This document shows positions 17,038 to 28,624 of a stretch of 48,015 nt of DNA, in pieces. Both the position numbers and the translations under genes were made by a program. Origin of the DNA: Alphaproteobacteria bacterium (GTDB taxonomy: Bacteria > Pseudomonadota > Alphaproteobacteria > UBA6615); assembly GCA_018666195.1 (NCBI GenBank), contig JABJAG010000076.1, forward strand, positions 1 through 48,015, written 5' to 3'. The notes beneath the pieces are model-generated. The model had not been told where the DNA came from, ran no database searches, and saw nothing but the letters and a program-made list of their open reading frames with translations. The number at the start of each line of letters is the position of its first letter. The stretch's first letter is position 1.

Positions 17038-20000
17038 ATGGCGTGGAAGGGGTCAAGCCAGCCAGATTTTACTGGAGCTGAGGCCACGAAAGGTCCTGCT
17101 TTGATCGTTCGAAGTTCCCGTGTCCTGATTTTGTTTTTCGCTGCCGCGCTGGTCGGTCTGGCGATGATTTTCGGCGTTCTGATTTTTCAGCTGAGCCGAG
17201 GACCGATCAGTCTTAATTTTCTGACCCCTCTGGTGGAACGCGCACTGGATTCTGCCGCGGATGGCGCACAGGTTCGGCTTCACGACACGGTCCTGACCTG
17301 GGACGAAGAAAAGCGCGAGCTCGACATTCGCGCGACCGGACTTCAGTTCCTTGACCCCACGGGAGCGGTGCGCGCCACAGTCCCGGAGATGAATGTCACG
17401 TTCAGCGCCCGGGCCCTGCTACGCGGCCTGATAGCACCGACAAATCTGGAATTGTTCGGCCCGCGCCTGAAAATTATCCGTTCCGAAACCGGAGAAGTCA
17501 GTGTCGACTTTGGTGACGGAAATGATGCCAGTGGCGGCAGCGCTGCGCCGGTTGGTTTGGTTCAGGAGTTACTGCGCGCACCCAATCGCGACCTGGCAAG
17601 TGGGTACCTGTCGGGCGTGGCGGTACGAAGTGCGTTCGTCGAATTTGATGACCGTATGAGCGGACAGCGGTTTGTCGCGCCAAATGCAAGTGTTCAGCTG
17701 TCCCGGGACGAAGACGGGATTCGCGCTGACGGCGCAATCACTGTGGGCGATGGCGATCAGGCCATTCATTTGGGCCTGTCTGGTGCCTATCGAGCCAATT
17801 CGCGCAAAACCGATCTGGGAATTGTGTTCAGCGAAATCGCACCTTCAGCCTTCGCACAGTTTGCGCCAGGCCTCGAAGTGCTGGGACGTCTGGACACCCA
17901 ACTGGAAGGTACGCTGACGGTTGCGATTGATCCTGATTTCGTGGCGATCGTGGGAAGCCTAGATCTGCGCGCCGCCGCGGGAACCATAGACGCCAGCCCG
18001 CACTATGAAACGCCCATCGCATTTGAGTCCGCTGCTTTGCGTTTGAATGCGCAGCAAGCCGACGAAACAGTTTCGCTGGAATCGTTTGAACTTGGTCTTG
18101 GCGAAACCACGATTACGGTTTCCGGGGATGGCGCCCGTGATACGGGCATGTGGACGACGTCGTGGGAGGTGGGACTTCGTGATTTGCCAATCAATGACAT
18201 TGCTGGAATCTGGCCGCCGGGCCTCGAAGAAAACGCACGCGAATGGGTCACCGAAAATATTCGCGATGGTCATGTTGGAACGGCGAGCCTGACGGCGCGT
18301 GCGACGATTTCCGAAGATGACCCGGAGGCGTTTTCGCTTGATGAGATCGGTGGTGAAATTCGATTCCGCGATGCGACGGTTCATTATCTTCGCCCGATGG
18401 AGCCCGCCACTGGCGGAATTGGCGTTGTGCGGGTCGATTCCAAACAGATAGTTGTCGATATTGAACAGGCGAGCTTGCGGGGTGTTATCGCGGAGCGTGG
18501 CCGGGTTGTGATCGATGGACTGGAGGGTCCTTCGCGCGGCGAAACCATCAAGATTGATGTGACCGTTGCCGGGCCTGTGCGCGACACGCTTGAAGTGCTC
18601 GACAGTGAACCGCTCGGGTTTATCAGTGGATTTGGAATTGATCCCGCACGAACCACCGGTACGCAGCGCACGAACGCCGTGTTTGCGTTTCCATTGCTCA
18701 ATGAAATCACGGTAGACGCAATCGCGGTCGCGACGTCATCGCGTTTGATCCGGTTCTCTGCCGAAGATGCCGCGTTCGGTTTCTCGGTAACTTCAGGTGA
18801 TCTGACTCTGAATGTGAATCGTGATGGGCTGAAGGCAGAAGGCACCGCAGAAATTGGTGGTATTCCTATTGGCCTGACATGGAACGAAAGCTTTATCGAA
18901 GACAGCGATCTGCGCACCCGATATGAGGTGCGGACGACGCTGAATGGGGCCGCACGTGAGAAGCTGGGCATCGCGGCTGCGCCTTATCTGACCGGACCCA
19001 TCGGTCTTGGGCTGACCTATTCGTTGGGTTGGGATGACGTCGGAGCCGGCGCCGCAGAGATAGATCTGACAACAGCGACGCTCTCGTTGGAGCCGTTCGG
19101 GTGGAGCAAGGCACCTGACAATCCCGGGCGCGCGTTTCTACGATTTGTTGCGCCCGATGAAGACAGCTTTTCGATTTCGGAGTTTCAAGTCGCAGCGGGT
19201 GATCTCGATGCGGCGGGCGCCGCAAACTTCCTGACCGATGACGGCGAATTCGATCTGCAGAACTTTCGTCTCGAACGTCTGAAGTTCGGTGAAAACGATG
19301 TTGTGGTGAATGTGGAACTGCCCGAGGGGGTTCCGCCGATCATTTCTGTTGGCGGCAACGCTGTCGATTTGCGCCCGGTGATGGAAGATATTTTCGATGA
19401 GGGTGATGACGATGGGGAAAGTGGCACGCCCGCGATGCGCATTGTCATCAGTGATCAATCCCCCATCGGTTCCGTGCGTTTGGGGGAGGAAACCCGGTTC
19501 CTTGATGCGCACGGCACGATTATCAACGATGGAGTCGACTGGTCGCAGGTCAACCTGCGTGGGGCGCTGTCGAATGCGGGACGGGTGTTTGTCCGGATCG
19601 CACCTGAGGAGAACCTCCGCCGGCTGACATTTGAGACCGATGACGCTGGCGGGCTTTTGCGGGCACTCGATTGGGTGGATACGATCCGCGAAGGAGAATT
19701 GCGTGTGCGCGGAACAATTGTTGGCGCCGGTGCAGACCAGGTGATTGCGGGTCAGGTGGATATGCAGGGCTTCGTTCTGACCGAAGAACCATTTGCGGCC
19801 AAGTTACTCGCGCTGGCTTCATTTTCAGGGATTGGCGATGTTTTAGGGGGTGAGGGCATTACGTTCCGCCGCGCCGAGGTTCCGTTCCAGATGACGCGCC
19901 AGGAAGTCATGATAGAAAATGCCAAGGCGCGTGGTGCGGAGATCGGCGTGATCGTCAGCGGACAGATTGATCGGGAAACCGATGCAATCGCTTTCGCCGG

Positions 20001-20256
20001 GGAAGTGGCGCCGGCCTATACTCTGAATTCGCTGCTCGCCAATATTCCGCTGATCGGCCCTGTACTGTCTGGCGGATCGGAGGGAATCTTCGCCGCCACG
20101 TTCAGCGTCGACGGAAACCTCGATGAACCGAATGTATCGGTCAATCCGCTCTCGGTGCTGACGCCCGGGATTGTGCGGAAGTTACTCTCGGGATTTGATG
20201 CCGATGCCGATCCGGAAGAGCCTCCCGACGTGGAACCACCGGTTCAGGCGCAATAG
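17038..20256 (+). CDS. AsmA-like/YhdP family envelope protein (DUF3971 plus AsmA_2-type C-terminus)
   Basis: 1072-aa ORF with a single N-terminal TM segment (LILFFAAALVGLAMIFGVLIF), a long beta-rich body and the conserved C-terminal block IPLIGPVLSGGSEGIFAATFSVDGNLDEPNVSVNPLSVLTPGIVRKLL. Confidence 0.75.
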   Translation: MAWKGSSQPDFTGAEATKGPALIVRSSRVLILFFAAALVGLAMIFGVLIFQLSRGPISLNFLTPLVERALDSAADGAQVRLHDTVLTWDEEKRELDIRATGLQFLDPTGAVRATVPEMNVTFSARALLRGLIAPTNLELFGPRLKIIRSETGEVSVDFGDGNDASGGSAAPVGLVQELLRAPNRDLASGYLSGVAVRSAFVEFDDRMSGQRFVAPNASVQLSRDEDGIRADGAITVGDGDQAIHLGLSGAYRANSRKTDLGIVFSEIAPSAFAQFAPGLEVLGRLDTQLEGTLTVAIDPDFVAIVGSLDLRAAAGTIDASPHYETPIAFESAALRLNAQQADETVSLESFELGLGETTITVSGDGARDTGMWTTSWEVGLRDLPINDIAGIWPPGLEENAREWVTENIRDGHVGTASLTARATISEDDPEAFSLDEIGGEIRFRDATVHYLRPMEPATGGIGVVRVDSKQIVVDIEQASLRGVIAERGRVVIDGLEGPSRGETIKIDVTVAGPVRDTLEVLDSEPLGFISGFGIDPARTTGTQRTNAVFAFPLLNEITVDAIAVATSSRLIRFSAEDAAFGFSVTSGDLTLNVNRDGLKAEGTAEIGGIPIGLTWNESFIEDSDLRTRYEVRTTLNGAAREKLGIAAAPYLTGPIGLGLTYSLGWDDVGAGAAEIDLTTATLSLEPFGWSKAPDNPGRAFLRFVAPDEDSFSISEFQVAAGDLDAAGAANFLTDDGEFDLQNFRLERLKFGENDVVVNVELPEGVPPIISVGGNAVDLRPVMEDIFDEGDDDGESGTPAMRIVISDQSPIGSVRLGEETRFLDAHGTIINDGVDWSQVNLRGALSNAGRVFVRIAPEENLRRLTFETDDAGGLLRALDWVDTIREGELRVRGTIVGAGADQVIAGQVDMQGFVLTEEPFAAKLLALASFSGIGDVLGGEGITFRRAEVPFQMTRQEVMIENAKARGAEIGVIVSGQIDRETDAIAFAGEVAPAYTLNSLLANIPLIGPVLSGGSEGIFAATFSVDGNLDEPNVSVNPLSVLTPGIVRKLLSGFDADADPEEPPDVEPPVQAQ

Positions 20257-20262
20257 CCGGGA

Positions 20263-21516
20263 TCAGACCGGGCGAATAAGCGCGTGCCGTTTTTTGCCGG
20301 CGGACAATTTGATGACCCCGTCATCATTGATCGAATCTGCAGTGATTTCGGCAGTTTCCTCTGCGACGGCAACATCGTTCACGCGTGCTCCTCCGCCTTT
20401 GATAAGGCGGCGCCCTTCGCTGTTGGAGCCCGCAAGTCCGGCGCGTGCCAATAACGCAAACAATGCAATTCCGGATTCCAGTTCGGCTTTTGGCACATCC
20501 GTTGTCGGCAAACCGTCTGCGGTGACGCCGGATTCGAATGTCTTTTCTGACGTTTCCGCAGCTTCCCGGGCGGCGTCTGCGCCGTGGAGAAGTGCGGTGG
20601 CCGAAGTCGCGAGAACTTTCTTCGCGTCGTTGATTTCCGAACCCTGCAAGGCATCCAGACGGGTGATTTCGTCCAGCGGCAAGGTGGTGAACAACTTCAG
20701 GAAGCGACCGACATCGGCGTCCTCGGTGTTGCGCCAGAACTGCCAGTAGTCGTAGGGCGAGTAGCGCTCCGGTCGAAGCCAGACGGCACCGGCAGCGGTC
20801 TTGCCCATCTTGGCACCGGTTGCCGTGGTGATCAGTGGCGTGGTCAGCCCATAGAGTTCGCGTTCAGCGGCACGACGTCCGAGTTCGATACCATTGATGA
20901 TGTTGCCCCACTGGTCCGACCCACCCATCTGCAGGGCGCAATCGTGTCGTTTGGCCAGTTCCAGGAAGTCATAGGCCTGCAGGATCATGTAGTTGAATTC
21001 GAGGAATGTGAGGGGTTGTTCACGATCGAGCCGCAGCTTTACGGAATCGAAGGTCAGCATCCGGTTGATCGTGAAATGACGACCGATGTCACGGAGCAGC
21101 GGGATATAGGCAAGTTCATCGAGCCAACTGGCGTTGTTCACCATGATCGCGTCACTGGCGCCCTCCCCGAATGTGAGGAAGCTGTCGAATGTCTGACGGA
21201 TCGAACTGATGTTCTCGTTGATTTTCTCGTCGGTCAGGATCTGGCGGGTTTCGTCCTTGCCGGATGGATCCCCCACCTTGGTCGTGCCGCCCCCCATCAG
21301 AACAATGGGCTGATGCCCGGTCTGCTGCAGCCAGTGCAACATCATGATCGAAACGAGATTGCCGATATGCAGGCTGTCTGCGGTTGCGTCATAACCGACA
21401 TAGGCCGTGATGACCTCCCTGGCCGCACGGGCGTCGAGCGTTTCGAGATCCGTGCATTGGTGCAGGAATCCGCGTTCGACAAGGGTCTGGATGAATTCGG
21501 ACTTGTGAGTGCTCAT
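20263..21516 (-). CDS. tyrS: tyrosine--tRNA ligase
   Basis: ORF 20263..21717. The preferred ATG is 21516 ([12 protein letters not shown]). It has a HIGH-type motif (SLHIGNL), a KMSKS-type motif (KMGKT) and a C-terminal S4-like domain. Confidence 0.92.
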   Translation of the reverse strand: MSTHKSEFIQTLVERGFLHQCTDLETLDARAAREVITAYVGYDATADSLHIGNLVSIMMLHWLQQTGHQPIVLMGGGTTKVGDPSGKDETRQILTDEKINENISSIRQTFDSFLTFGEGASDAIMVNNASWLDELAYIPLLRDIGRHFTINRMLTFDSVKLRLDREQPLTFLEFNYMILQAYDFLELAKRHDCALQMGGSDQWGNIINGIELGRRAAERELYGLTTPLITTATGAKMGKTAAGAVWLRPERYSPYDYWQFWRNTEDADVGRFLKLFTTLPLDEITRLDALQGSEINDAKKVLATSATALLHGADAAREAAETSEKTFESGVTADGLPTTDVPKAELESGIALFALLARAGLAGSNSEGRRLIKGGGARVNDVAVAEETAEITADSINDDGVIKLSAGKKRHALIRPV

Positions 21517-21613
21517 GGGTCTGCTATCGGCATGCGTTTCGGTGTTTGCGCTACCTAACACATCCGTTGCCTCTGCGTGTATACCTTCGCGTGCAACAAG
21601 CGTGAGGCAGGAC

Positions 21614-22723
21614 ATGGGCAGCGCTGACCAAAAGGTCGCGATCGGATTGATGAGCGGGACGTCGATGGATGGCATCGATGCGGCGTTGATTGAGACCGAT
21701 GGTGGCGCAAGCTTCACGGCGATCGCAGCTACATCAATTCCGTACCAGTCGGCGTTTCGGGATTCACTGCGGGCAGCGCTGGGGCATGCGGGGCCGTTTC
21801 CGGCACTCGCGGCCGAACTGACAGATCTGCATGTCGATGCGGTGGCAGGGTTGCTGGCCAGCGCCGGGATGTCCGCCGCAAATGTCGATGTGGTGGGGTT
21901 TCATGGGCATACGATCTTCCATGACCCGGGCAATCGCAGCACGGTTCAGATCGGTGACGGAGATCGGCTCGCGCGCGACCTGGGAATCGATGTGGTCCAT
22001 GATTTCCGTTCAGCCGACGTGGCGGCCGGCGGGCAGGGGGCGCCGTTCGCGCCCTTGTTTCACGCCGTGCTCGCACCCGAAGAGCGGCCGCTGTGCTTTC
22101 TCAATATCGGTGGCGTCGCGAATCTGACCTGGGTGGCCCCCGGTGCCAACCCGGCGCAGGACGACGTGTTTGATCAGCTTCTTGCGTTTGACACCGGGCC
22201 AGGAAATGCCCTGATCGATGATTGGGTGCAACGCCATGCCGGCATGTTGTTTGACGACGACGGCGCGCTGGCCGCATCCGGGACTGTCGATGCGGATGTG
22301 CTGGAGGCACTGCTCGCAAATGCCTATTTTGAGGCGCTGCCACCGAAATCACTCGACCGGACGGATTTTTCAATTGATCGGGCAGCGCAGCTTTCCGCTG
22401 CGGACGGTGCGGCCACGTTGTCGATGTTCACCGTTGAAGCGATCCGGCGTTCGGCCGGTGTCCTGCCGACCCCACCGGTGCAGTGGCTTGTCACGGGCGG
22501 CGGGCGCAAAAACAGCTTCCTGCTGCGCGAACTGGAATCAGCTCTGAATGTACCGGTCCGGCCGACAGAAGCGGTGGGCATCGATGGTGATGCGCTGGAG
22601 GCACAGGCTTTTGGCTATCTCGCGGTGCGCCATCTCGCGGGGCTTCCGCTCAGCGGGCCAACGACAACGGGCGTGCCGTCGCCACAAACCGGTGGTCGAC
22701 GAAGCAACGCCCGAAGCGTGTAG
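21614..22723 (+). CDS. anmK: anhydro-N-acetylmuramic acid kinase
   Basis: ORF 21509..22723. The preferred ATG is 21614. The N-terminal signature is [21 protein letters not shown]. Confidence 0.9.
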   Translation: MGSADQKVAIGLMSGTSMDGIDAALIETDGGASFTAIAATSIPYQSAFRDSLRAALGHAGPFPALAAELTDLHVDAVAGLLASAGMSAANVDVVGFHGHTIFHDPGNRSTVQIGDGDRLARDLGIDVVHDFRSADVAAGGQGAPFAPLFHAVLAPEERPLCFLNIGGVANLTWVAPGANPAQDDVFDQLLAFDTGPGNALIDDWVQRHAGMLFDDDGALAASGTVDADVLEALLANAYFEALPPKSLDRTDFSIDRAAQLSAADGAATLSMFTVEAIRRSAGVLPTPPVQWLVTGGGRKNSFLLRELESALNVPVRPTEAVGIDGDALEAQAFGYLAVRHLAGLPLSGPTTTGVPSPQTGGRRSNARSV

Positions 22724-22737
22724 CAATTGTTAGCTGA

Positions 22738-23418
22738 TCAGGCGTCCTCGGCTGCTTCAGCAGCGATCGCCGCATCAATCTCACCGATCCGGCGATCCAG
22801 ATATGTGGTGGTCGTTTGCTCGAGCTCTTCGAGATGGTCGTTGTAGAAATGCGTCGCGCCCTTCAGCACCTGGAAGTCGATGATGACGTCTTTCTGCTTG
22901 GCGAGTTTCGCAATCAGATCGGTCACGGAATCCTGCGGCACGATGTCGTCCTGATCACCATGAGTAATCAATCCTGATGCCGGGCAGGGAGCCAGGAACG
23001 AGAAGTCATACATATTTGCCGGCGGTGAGACGGATACGAAACCGGTGATTTCCGGGCGACGCATCAACAACTGCATGCCGATCCAGGCCCCGAAAGAGAA
23101 ACCTGCAACCCAGCACATCGGGGCGTCCTGATTCTGGCTCTGCAACCAATCAAGTGCGGATGCGGCATCAGAAAGCTCGCCCTCTCCACGATCAAAGCTG
23201 CCCTGACTGCGGCCCACGCCGCGAAAATTGAAGCGCAAAGTCGCGAAACCGCGGCGAACGAACATCTGATAGAGCTGGTAAACGACCTTGTTGTTCATCG
23301 TGCCGCCATGCTGTGGATGCGGGTGCAGCAGCAAGGCAATTGGTGAATTCGGGACTTTGGCGGGGAAGTAACGTCCCTCAAGGCGGCCTTCGGGGCCGTT
23401 GATAATGACTTCAGGCAT
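22738..23418 (-). CDS. alpha/beta hydrolase (small, single-domain)
   Basis: ORF 22738..23430. It carries HPHPQHGGTMNNKVV, the nucleophile elbow GFSFGAW, and a GDQD ... H triad pattern. Confidence 0.7.
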   Translation of the reverse strand: MPEVIINGPEGRLEGRYFPAKVPNSPIALLLHPHPQHGGTMNNKVVYQLYQMFVRRGFATLRFNFRGVGRSQGSFDRGEGELSDAASALDWLQSQNQDAPMCWVAGFSFGAWIGMQLLMRRPEITGFVSVSPPANMYDFSFLAPCPASGLITHGDQDDIVPQDSVTDLIAKLAKQKDVIIDFQVLKGATHFYNDHLEELEQTTTTYLDRRIGEIDAAIAAEAAEDA

Positions 23419-23453
23419 ATCGTTTTCCATTCCGCCGGACGGCGTTGCGAATA

Positions 23454-23483
23454 CTTGACCGAATTACTCGGACATCTTATATC
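23454..23483 (+). promoter_or_regulatory. candidate sigma70-type promoter for the cysE-iscR-suf string
   Basis: CTTGACC (23454-23460), a spacer of about 17 nt, then TATATC (23478-23483). An imperfect 5' hairpin at 23491-23512 follows. Confidence 0.4.
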
Positions 23484-23559
23484 CCGCTTCGAAACACGCA
23501 TGAGGCGTTTTCCTGAGCGAGAAGAGCGTTGTGGCGCGCTCTATATCATAAAGGTCGAC

Positions 23560-24303
23560 ATGGTATTCAAGCATCTCTTTGACGATCTGGACGCTTATCT
23601 CGAAAGAGATCCGGCGGCAAGTTCGCGATTAATGGTGGTCACGAGCTATCCAGGATTCCATGCGGTGGTCTGGTTCCGGCTGTCACATTGGCTTTGGCGC
23701 AATCGGTTGGTGGTTCTGGCCCGATTTGTCGGCAATGTTGCACGTTTTTTGACCGGTGTTGATATTCACCCGGCTGCGACGATTGGACGGGGTCTGGTGA
23801 TCGATCATGCCATTGGTGTGGTGATCGGCGAGACAGCGAATATTGCCGATAACGTCACCCTCTATCACAACGTCACCCTGGGCGGGATCGCTCCGGCGGT
23901 GGATAGTGAGGCGCAAAAAGATGTCAAACGACATCCGACACTGCTGGAAGGCTCGATTGTGGGCTCGGGTGCGCAGGTGCTGGGTCCGGTCACGGTTGGG
24001 CGCAACGCCCGCGTGGGTGCCAATGCGGTGGTGGTCAAGGATGTGCCAGAAGGCTGCACCGTGGTTGGTATCCCGGCACAGCCTGTGGCGTCCTCGACAT
24101 GTTCGGCAGACAGTTTTTCCGCATACGGAACCCCGACGGAAGACATTCCCGATCCGGAGAAAAAGTCGATCAAGGCGATGCTTGGCGAGATCAGCAGCTT
24201 GCGTCTGCGGGTTGAGGAATTGGAGCGGGAGCTTGAGGAACGGGTTCAGATGTATGCCACCACGCAAGATGACGAATCAGATTCACCCGGCCGCACGCTT
24301 TAG
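23560..24303 (+). CDS. cysE: serine O-acetyltransferase with C-terminal coiled-coil-like extension
   Basis: ORF 23455..24303. The preferred ATG is 23560. It has YLERDPAA, SYPGFHAVVWFRLSHWLW and the hexapeptide core GVDIHPAATIGRGLVIDHAIGVVIGETA. Confidence 0.85.
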   Translation: MVFKHLFDDLDAYLERDPAASSRLMVVTSYPGFHAVVWFRLSHWLWRNRLVVLARFVGNVARFLTGVDIHPAATIGRGLVIDHAIGVVIGETANIADNVTLYHNVTLGGIAPAVDSEAQKDVKRHPTLLEGSIVGSGAQVLGPVTVGRNARVGANAVVVKDVPEGCTVVGIPAQPVASSTCSADSFSAYGTPTEDIPDPEKKSIKAMLGEISSLRLRVEELERELEERVQMYATTQDDESDSPGRTL

Positions 24304-24336
24304 GCGTCTGGTTTTGAACGCTCACTGGAGACAGGT

Positions 24337-24804
24337 ATGAAGCTTAGTACCAAGGGTCGCTATGCCGTCATGGCGATGGTCGACCTCGCCCAGAATGGCG
24401 CGGGTCAGCCCGTATCACTGGCCGAAATTGCTGACCGCCAGTCGATTTCCCTGTCCTATCTGGAACAGCTCTTCTCGAAATTGCGCCGTGCAAGCCTGGT
24501 CAAAAGTGCACGGGGACCGGGCGGGGGATACACGCTGGCCGATCAGCCTGATGTTATTCGGATTTCGGAAGTAATCCTTGCTGTGGATGAGCCAATTCGC
24601 ACCACAAGTTGCACACCGGGGACTTCAGCAGGATGTCTCGGCAAAGGCAGCCGTTGCATGACCCATGACCTCTGGGAGGAACTGGGCCACCAAATTCACG
24701 GGTACCTCAGTTCTGTCAGTCTTGCCGATGTTTGCGCGGGACGGATCTACGCTGGACCCATGCGTGCACAGGATGCGCCTGTGCATGAGATCGCAGCAGA
24801 ATAG
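24337..24804 (+). CDS. iscR: Rrf2 family transcriptional regulator, IscR-like
   Basis: N-terminus MKLSTKGRYAVMAMVDLA with a wHTH, and the three-Cys cluster CTPGTSAGCLGKGSRC. It sits directly upstream of the desulfurase/suf genes. Confidence 0.85.
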   Translation: MKLSTKGRYAVMAMVDLAQNGAGQPVSLAEIADRQSISLSYLEQLFSKLRRASLVKSARGPGGGYTLADQPDVIRISEVILAVDEPIRTTSCTPGTSAGCLGKGSRCMTHDLWEELGHQIHGYLSSVSLADVCAGRIYAGPMRAQDAPVHEIAAE

Positions 24805-24817
24805 ACCGTTTCTGACC

Positions 24818-25939
24818 ATGGATATCTATCTCGATCATAACGCAACGACGCCGGTCTGCCCTGAAGCGGTGGATGCGATTTCGGCTGCCTTGATGCAGTC
24901 CGGAAACGCATCGTCGGTTCACCGTTACGGTCGTTTGGTGCGCCGAACGATCGACGATGCGCGTGAGTCCGTTGCCCGATTGGTGGGCACGTCTGCAGCA
25001 AATGTGATCTTTACCTCAGGTGGAACCGAGGCCAACAATCTGGCCTTGCGTGGCTTTGGTGCGCGGGCACTGGTGTCGGCTGTTGAACATGATTCCGTAT
25101 TGTCGGCACGAGACGATGCCGCGGTGATTTCAGTGGATCAGAATGGTGTTGTCGATCTCGACCATCTGCGATCCCTGTTGCAGGGAGGGGAGTCCAAACC
25201 CCTCGTCTCCGTCATGTTTGCCAACAATGAAACCGGCGTCCTGCAGCCTGTTTCGCAGGTTGCCGCGCTGGCCCATGAGTATGACGCGCTGGTCCATTGC
25301 GATGCGATTCAGGCTGCCGGAAAGGCGCCGTTGGATTTGGAAACGTTGGGCGTGGATATGCTGACACTGTCTGCGCACAAGATTGGCGGACCGCAGGGCG
25401 TGGGTGCGCTGGTTGTGCGGGCTGGTCTTGATCCCGAACCACTCCTGCGTGGTGGTGGTCAGGAACGTCGTCGACGTGCGGGTACCGAGAATGTGCCGGG
25501 TGTTGCCGGGTTTGGTGCTGCCGCGGTGGTGGCTTCAAATGCGCTGTCCAGCTTTGGCGAAATTGCGCGTTTGCGCGATGCCATGGAACGTCGGGTTTTG
25601 GATGCTGTGCCGGATGCTGTGGTTCATGGCGGTGAAGTTGCGCGGCTGGCGAATACCAGTTGTATCGGCTTGCCGGATGTGACCGGCGAAATGCAGGTGA
25701 TGACGCTCGATCTGGCAGGTGTTGCGGTCAGTGCGGGTTCGGCCTGTTCCAGCGGCAAGGTCACGCCAAGCCATGTGCTGCAGGCCATGGGGCAGGATGC
25801 CGACAGTGCCAAATGCGCCATTCGTGTTTCGCTGGGTTCGACAACGATGCCCGAGGAAATTGACCGGTTCGTTGATGTCTGGACTGATATGGCCCGCCGT
25901 CGACCGACCGAATCTGAAGCACGGAGGTCTGTGGCATGA
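24818..25939 (+). CDS. class I (NifS-like) cysteine desulfurase
   Basis: ORF 24665..25939. The preferred ATG is 24818 (MDIYLDHNATTP). The PLP-Lys is in SAHKIGGPQG and the catalytic Cys loop is SAGSACSSG. Confidence 0.85.
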   Translation: MDIYLDHNATTPVCPEAVDAISAALMQSGNASSVHRYGRLVRRTIDDARESVARLVGTSAANVIFTSGGTEANNLALRGFGARALVSAVEHDSVLSARDDAAVISVDQNGVVDLDHLRSLLQGGESKPLVSVMFANNETGVLQPVSQVAALAHEYDALVHCDAIQAAGKAPLDLETLGVDMLTLSAHKIGGPQGVGALVVRAGLDPEPLLRGGGQERRRRAGTENVPGVAGFGAAAVVASNALSSFGEIARLRDAMERRVLDAVPDAVVHGGEVARLANTSCIGLPDVTGEMQVMTLDLAGVAVSAGSACSSGKVTPSHVLQAMGQDADSAKCAIRVSLGSTTMPEEIDRFVDVWTDMARRRPTESEARRSVA

Positions 25940-27120
25940 GCGCGGCCCCGACAGCGATTTATCTGGATCATCAGGCAACCACGCCGGTTGACCCGAGGGT
26001 GCTCGATGCGATGATGCCCTGGTTCAGCGAAACCTTTGGCAATGCGCATTCTGAACAGCATGCCTGGGGCCGGCAGGCTGCCGAGGCCGTTGAGGACGCA
26101 CGTGCGAAGGTTGGCGCACTGATTGGTGCCGACGCGCGTGAGATCGTGTTTACCTCCGGCGCGACGGAATCCAACAATCTGGCCATCAAAGGCGCTGTGC
26201 GTTTTGCGCTTCGGCATGGGCGCGGCAAACACATCATCACGGTCGCGACAGAACATAAATGTGTTCTGGAATCCTGCGAGGCGATGACGGAAGAGGGCGC
26301 GGATGTGACCGTCCTTGATGTTGATGGCGAAGGGTTTGTCGATCCTGCTGCGATTGCCGATGCCATACGCGAAGACACTGTGCTGGTGTCCGTGATGGCC
26401 GTGAACAATGAAATCGGCGTCATTCAACCGCTGGCCGAAATTGGTGCGTTCTGTCGTGCGAACGGCGTCCTGTTGCACACGGATGCAGCCCAGGCGGCGG
26501 GAAAGATAGCCATCGATGTCAACGCAATGGCGATCGATCTTCTGAGTATCTCAGGGCACAAAATGTATGCCCCAAAAGGAATTGGCGCGTTGTATGTGCG
26601 CCGGCGCCCCCGTGCCCGATTGCTGGCTGAAATCAGCGGTGGCGGACAGGAACGTGGGTTTCGCTCCGGGACGCTACCGGTGCCGCTGACAGTGGCGCTG
26701 GGCGAAGCGGCCTTCATCGCGCAAAGCGAAGTGGACCGTGAAGGGGAACGCCTCGTTTCTCTTCGCAAAGCTATGATCACGCGCCTGCAAGACCATCTGG
26801 GTGAGATTGCGGTGAATGGCAGCATGGATCAGCGCGTGCCGGGCAACCTGAATGTCGGATTTACGGCTGTCGATGCGGAAGCCTTGATGGCGGATTTGCC
26901 GGAACTCGCGATTTCGACCGGGTCGGCCTGTACCTCGGCCTCGGTTGAACCATCTTATGTGTTGAAAGCACTTGGGCTCGATGATGCGGCGGCAGGTGCG
27001 TCGGTGCGGATCGGGTTCGGGCGTTTTACAACGCGGGCCGAAGTGGATGCCGCAGCAGACATGATCATAGAAGCAATCGAAAACCACCGGTCGGGCAATT
27101 CTGCCCGCGCCGCGGAATAA
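25936..27120 (+). CDS. class I (IscS-like) cysteine desulfurase
   Basis: ATGA overlap with the upstream gene. It has [10 protein letters not shown], the PLP-Lys in [12 protein letters not shown] and the catalytic loop [17 protein letters not shown]. Confidence 0.85.
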   Translation: MSAAPTAIYLDHQATTPVDPRVLDAMMPWFSETFGNAHSEQHAWGRQAAEAVEDARAKVGALIGADAREIVFTSGATESNNLAIKGAVRFALRHGRGKHIITVATEHKCVLESCEAMTEEGADVTVLDVDGEGFVDPAAIADAIREDTVLVSVMAVNNEIGVIQPLAEIGAFCRANGVLLHTDAAQAAGKIAIDVNAMAIDLLSISGHKMYAPKGIGALYVRRRPRARLLAEISGGGQERGFRSGTLPVPLTVALGEAAFIAQSEVDREGERLVSLRKAMITRLQDHLGEIAVNGSMDQRVPGNLNVGFTAVDAEALMADLPELAISTGSACTSASVEPSYVLKALGLDDAAAGASVRIGFGRFTTRAEVDAAADMIIEAIENHRSGNSARAAE

Positions 27121-27139
27121 GCGAAGCTGGAAGGACGTT

Positions 27140-28609
27140 ATGGCAGCGGACGCAGAAGCTCTCGAGCAAGTACGGACAATTGGCGAGCAGTACAAGTACG
27201 GCTTTGTCACGGATATTGAGGCCGACTTTGCTCCCAAGGGGCTGAATGAAGATATCGTTCGGTTTATTTCCAAGAAGAAGGAAGAGCCGGAATGGATGCT
27301 GGAATGGCGGCTGAAGGCATATCGCCACTGGCTGACCATGGAAGAACCGAAGTGGCAGAAGCCGCAATATCCGGAGATCGACTTTCAGGATTCCTACTAT
27401 TACGCGGCACCAAAAACAGGGGACAAACCAAAGTCCCTGGATGAGGTCGATCCGCAGTTGCTCGAAGTTTATGAAAAGCTCGGCATTCCGTTGCGCGAAC
27501 AGGAAGTTCTGGCCGGCGTGGAAGGTGCACCTGCTGTGGCGGTTGATGCCGTTTTTGACAGCGTTTCGGTGGCCACAACCTACAAGGCGAAGCTGGAAGA
27601 GCAGGGTATTATCTTCTGTTCGATCTCCGAAGCCGTGCGCGAACACCCGGAGTTGGTGAAGCAGTATCTTGGTTCCGTGGTGCCGTATTCCGACAACTAT
27701 TATGCAACGCTGAATTCGGCTGTCTTCACCGACGGGTCGTTCGTTTACATCCCGAAGGGGAAGCGTTGCCCGATGGAGCTTTCAACCTATTTCCGGATCA
27801 ATGCGGAAAATACCGGCCAGTTTGAACGCACCCTGATCATCGCTGATGAAGGCTCCTATGTGAGCTATCTGGAAGGTTGTACAGCCCCCCAGCGCGACGA
27901 GAACCAACTGCATGCTGCTGTTGTGGAACTGGTCACGCTTGATGATGCGGAAATCAAATATTCAACCGTCCAGAACTGGTATCCCGGTGATGAAGACGGA
28001 AAGGGCGGCATCTACAACTTTGTGACCAAGCGCGCGGCGTGTCGTGGCAAGAACTCCAAGGTGTCCTGGACCCAGGTTGAAACCGGATCGGCGATCACCT
28101 GGAAATATCCGAGCTGTATTTTGCAGGGCGACAATTCGGTTGGCGAATTCTATTCGGTTGCGATCACCAACAATGCGCAACTGGCCGATACCGGAACCAA
28201 GATGATCCACATTGGCAAGAACACCCGTTCGCGAATTATTTCGAAGGGAATTTCTGCTGGGAAAGCCGATCAAACCTATCGTGGGCTTGTGCGTATCCAG
28301 CGTGGAGCCAATGGCGCGCGCAATTACACCCAGTGCGACAGCCTGTTGATTGGCGACAAATGCGGGGCGCACACGATCCCCTATATCGAAAGTCAGAACC
28401 CCTCGGCGCAGGTCGAGCACGAAGCGACCACCAGCCGAATTGGTGAAGATCAGCTTTTCTATTGCCGCCAGCGCGGCATGGATGAGGAAGAGGCTGTGGC
28501 GCTGATCGTGAACGGGTTCTGCAAGGAAGTACTGCAAACGCTCCCGATGGAGTTTGCGGTCGAAGCACAAAAATTGGTCGGCATCAGCCTCGAAGGCAGC
28601 GTCGGTTAA
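27140..28609 (+). CDS. sufB: Fe-S cluster assembly scaffold SufB
   Basis: 489-aa ORF with a SufB-typical sequence throughout (for example [23 protein letters not shown]). Confidence 0.95.
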   Translation: MAADAEALEQVRTIGEQYKYGFVTDIEADFAPKGLNEDIVRFISKKKEEPEWMLEWRLKAYRHWLTMEEPKWQKPQYPEIDFQDSYYYAAPKTGDKPKSLDEVDPQLLEVYEKLGIPLREQEVLAGVEGAPAVAVDAVFDSVSVATTYKAKLEEQGIIFCSISEAVREHPELVKQYLGSVVPYSDNYYATLNSAVFTDGSFVYIPKGKRCPMELSTYFRINAENTGQFERTLIIADEGSYVSYLEGCTAPQRDENQLHAAVVELVTLDDAEIKYSTVQNWYPGDEDGKGGIYNFVTKRAACRGKNSKVSWTQVETGSAITWKYPSCILQGDNSVGEFYSVAITNNAQLADTGTKMIHIGKNTRSRIISKGISAGKADQTYRGLVRIQRGANGARNYTQCDSLLIGDKCGAHTIPYIESQNPSAQVEHEATTSRIGEDQLFYCRQRGMDEEEAVALIVNGFCKEVLQTLPMEFAVEAQKLVGISLEGSVG

Positions 28610-28624
28610 CGGAGAGTATTTGAG

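Noticed and set aside
21517-21613. A possible T-box or other leader upstream of tyrS.
   Set aside because: The spacer is only 97 bp and is shared with divergent anmK. I saw no specifier or T-box-like sequence, and T-boxes are not expected in proteobacterial tyrS.
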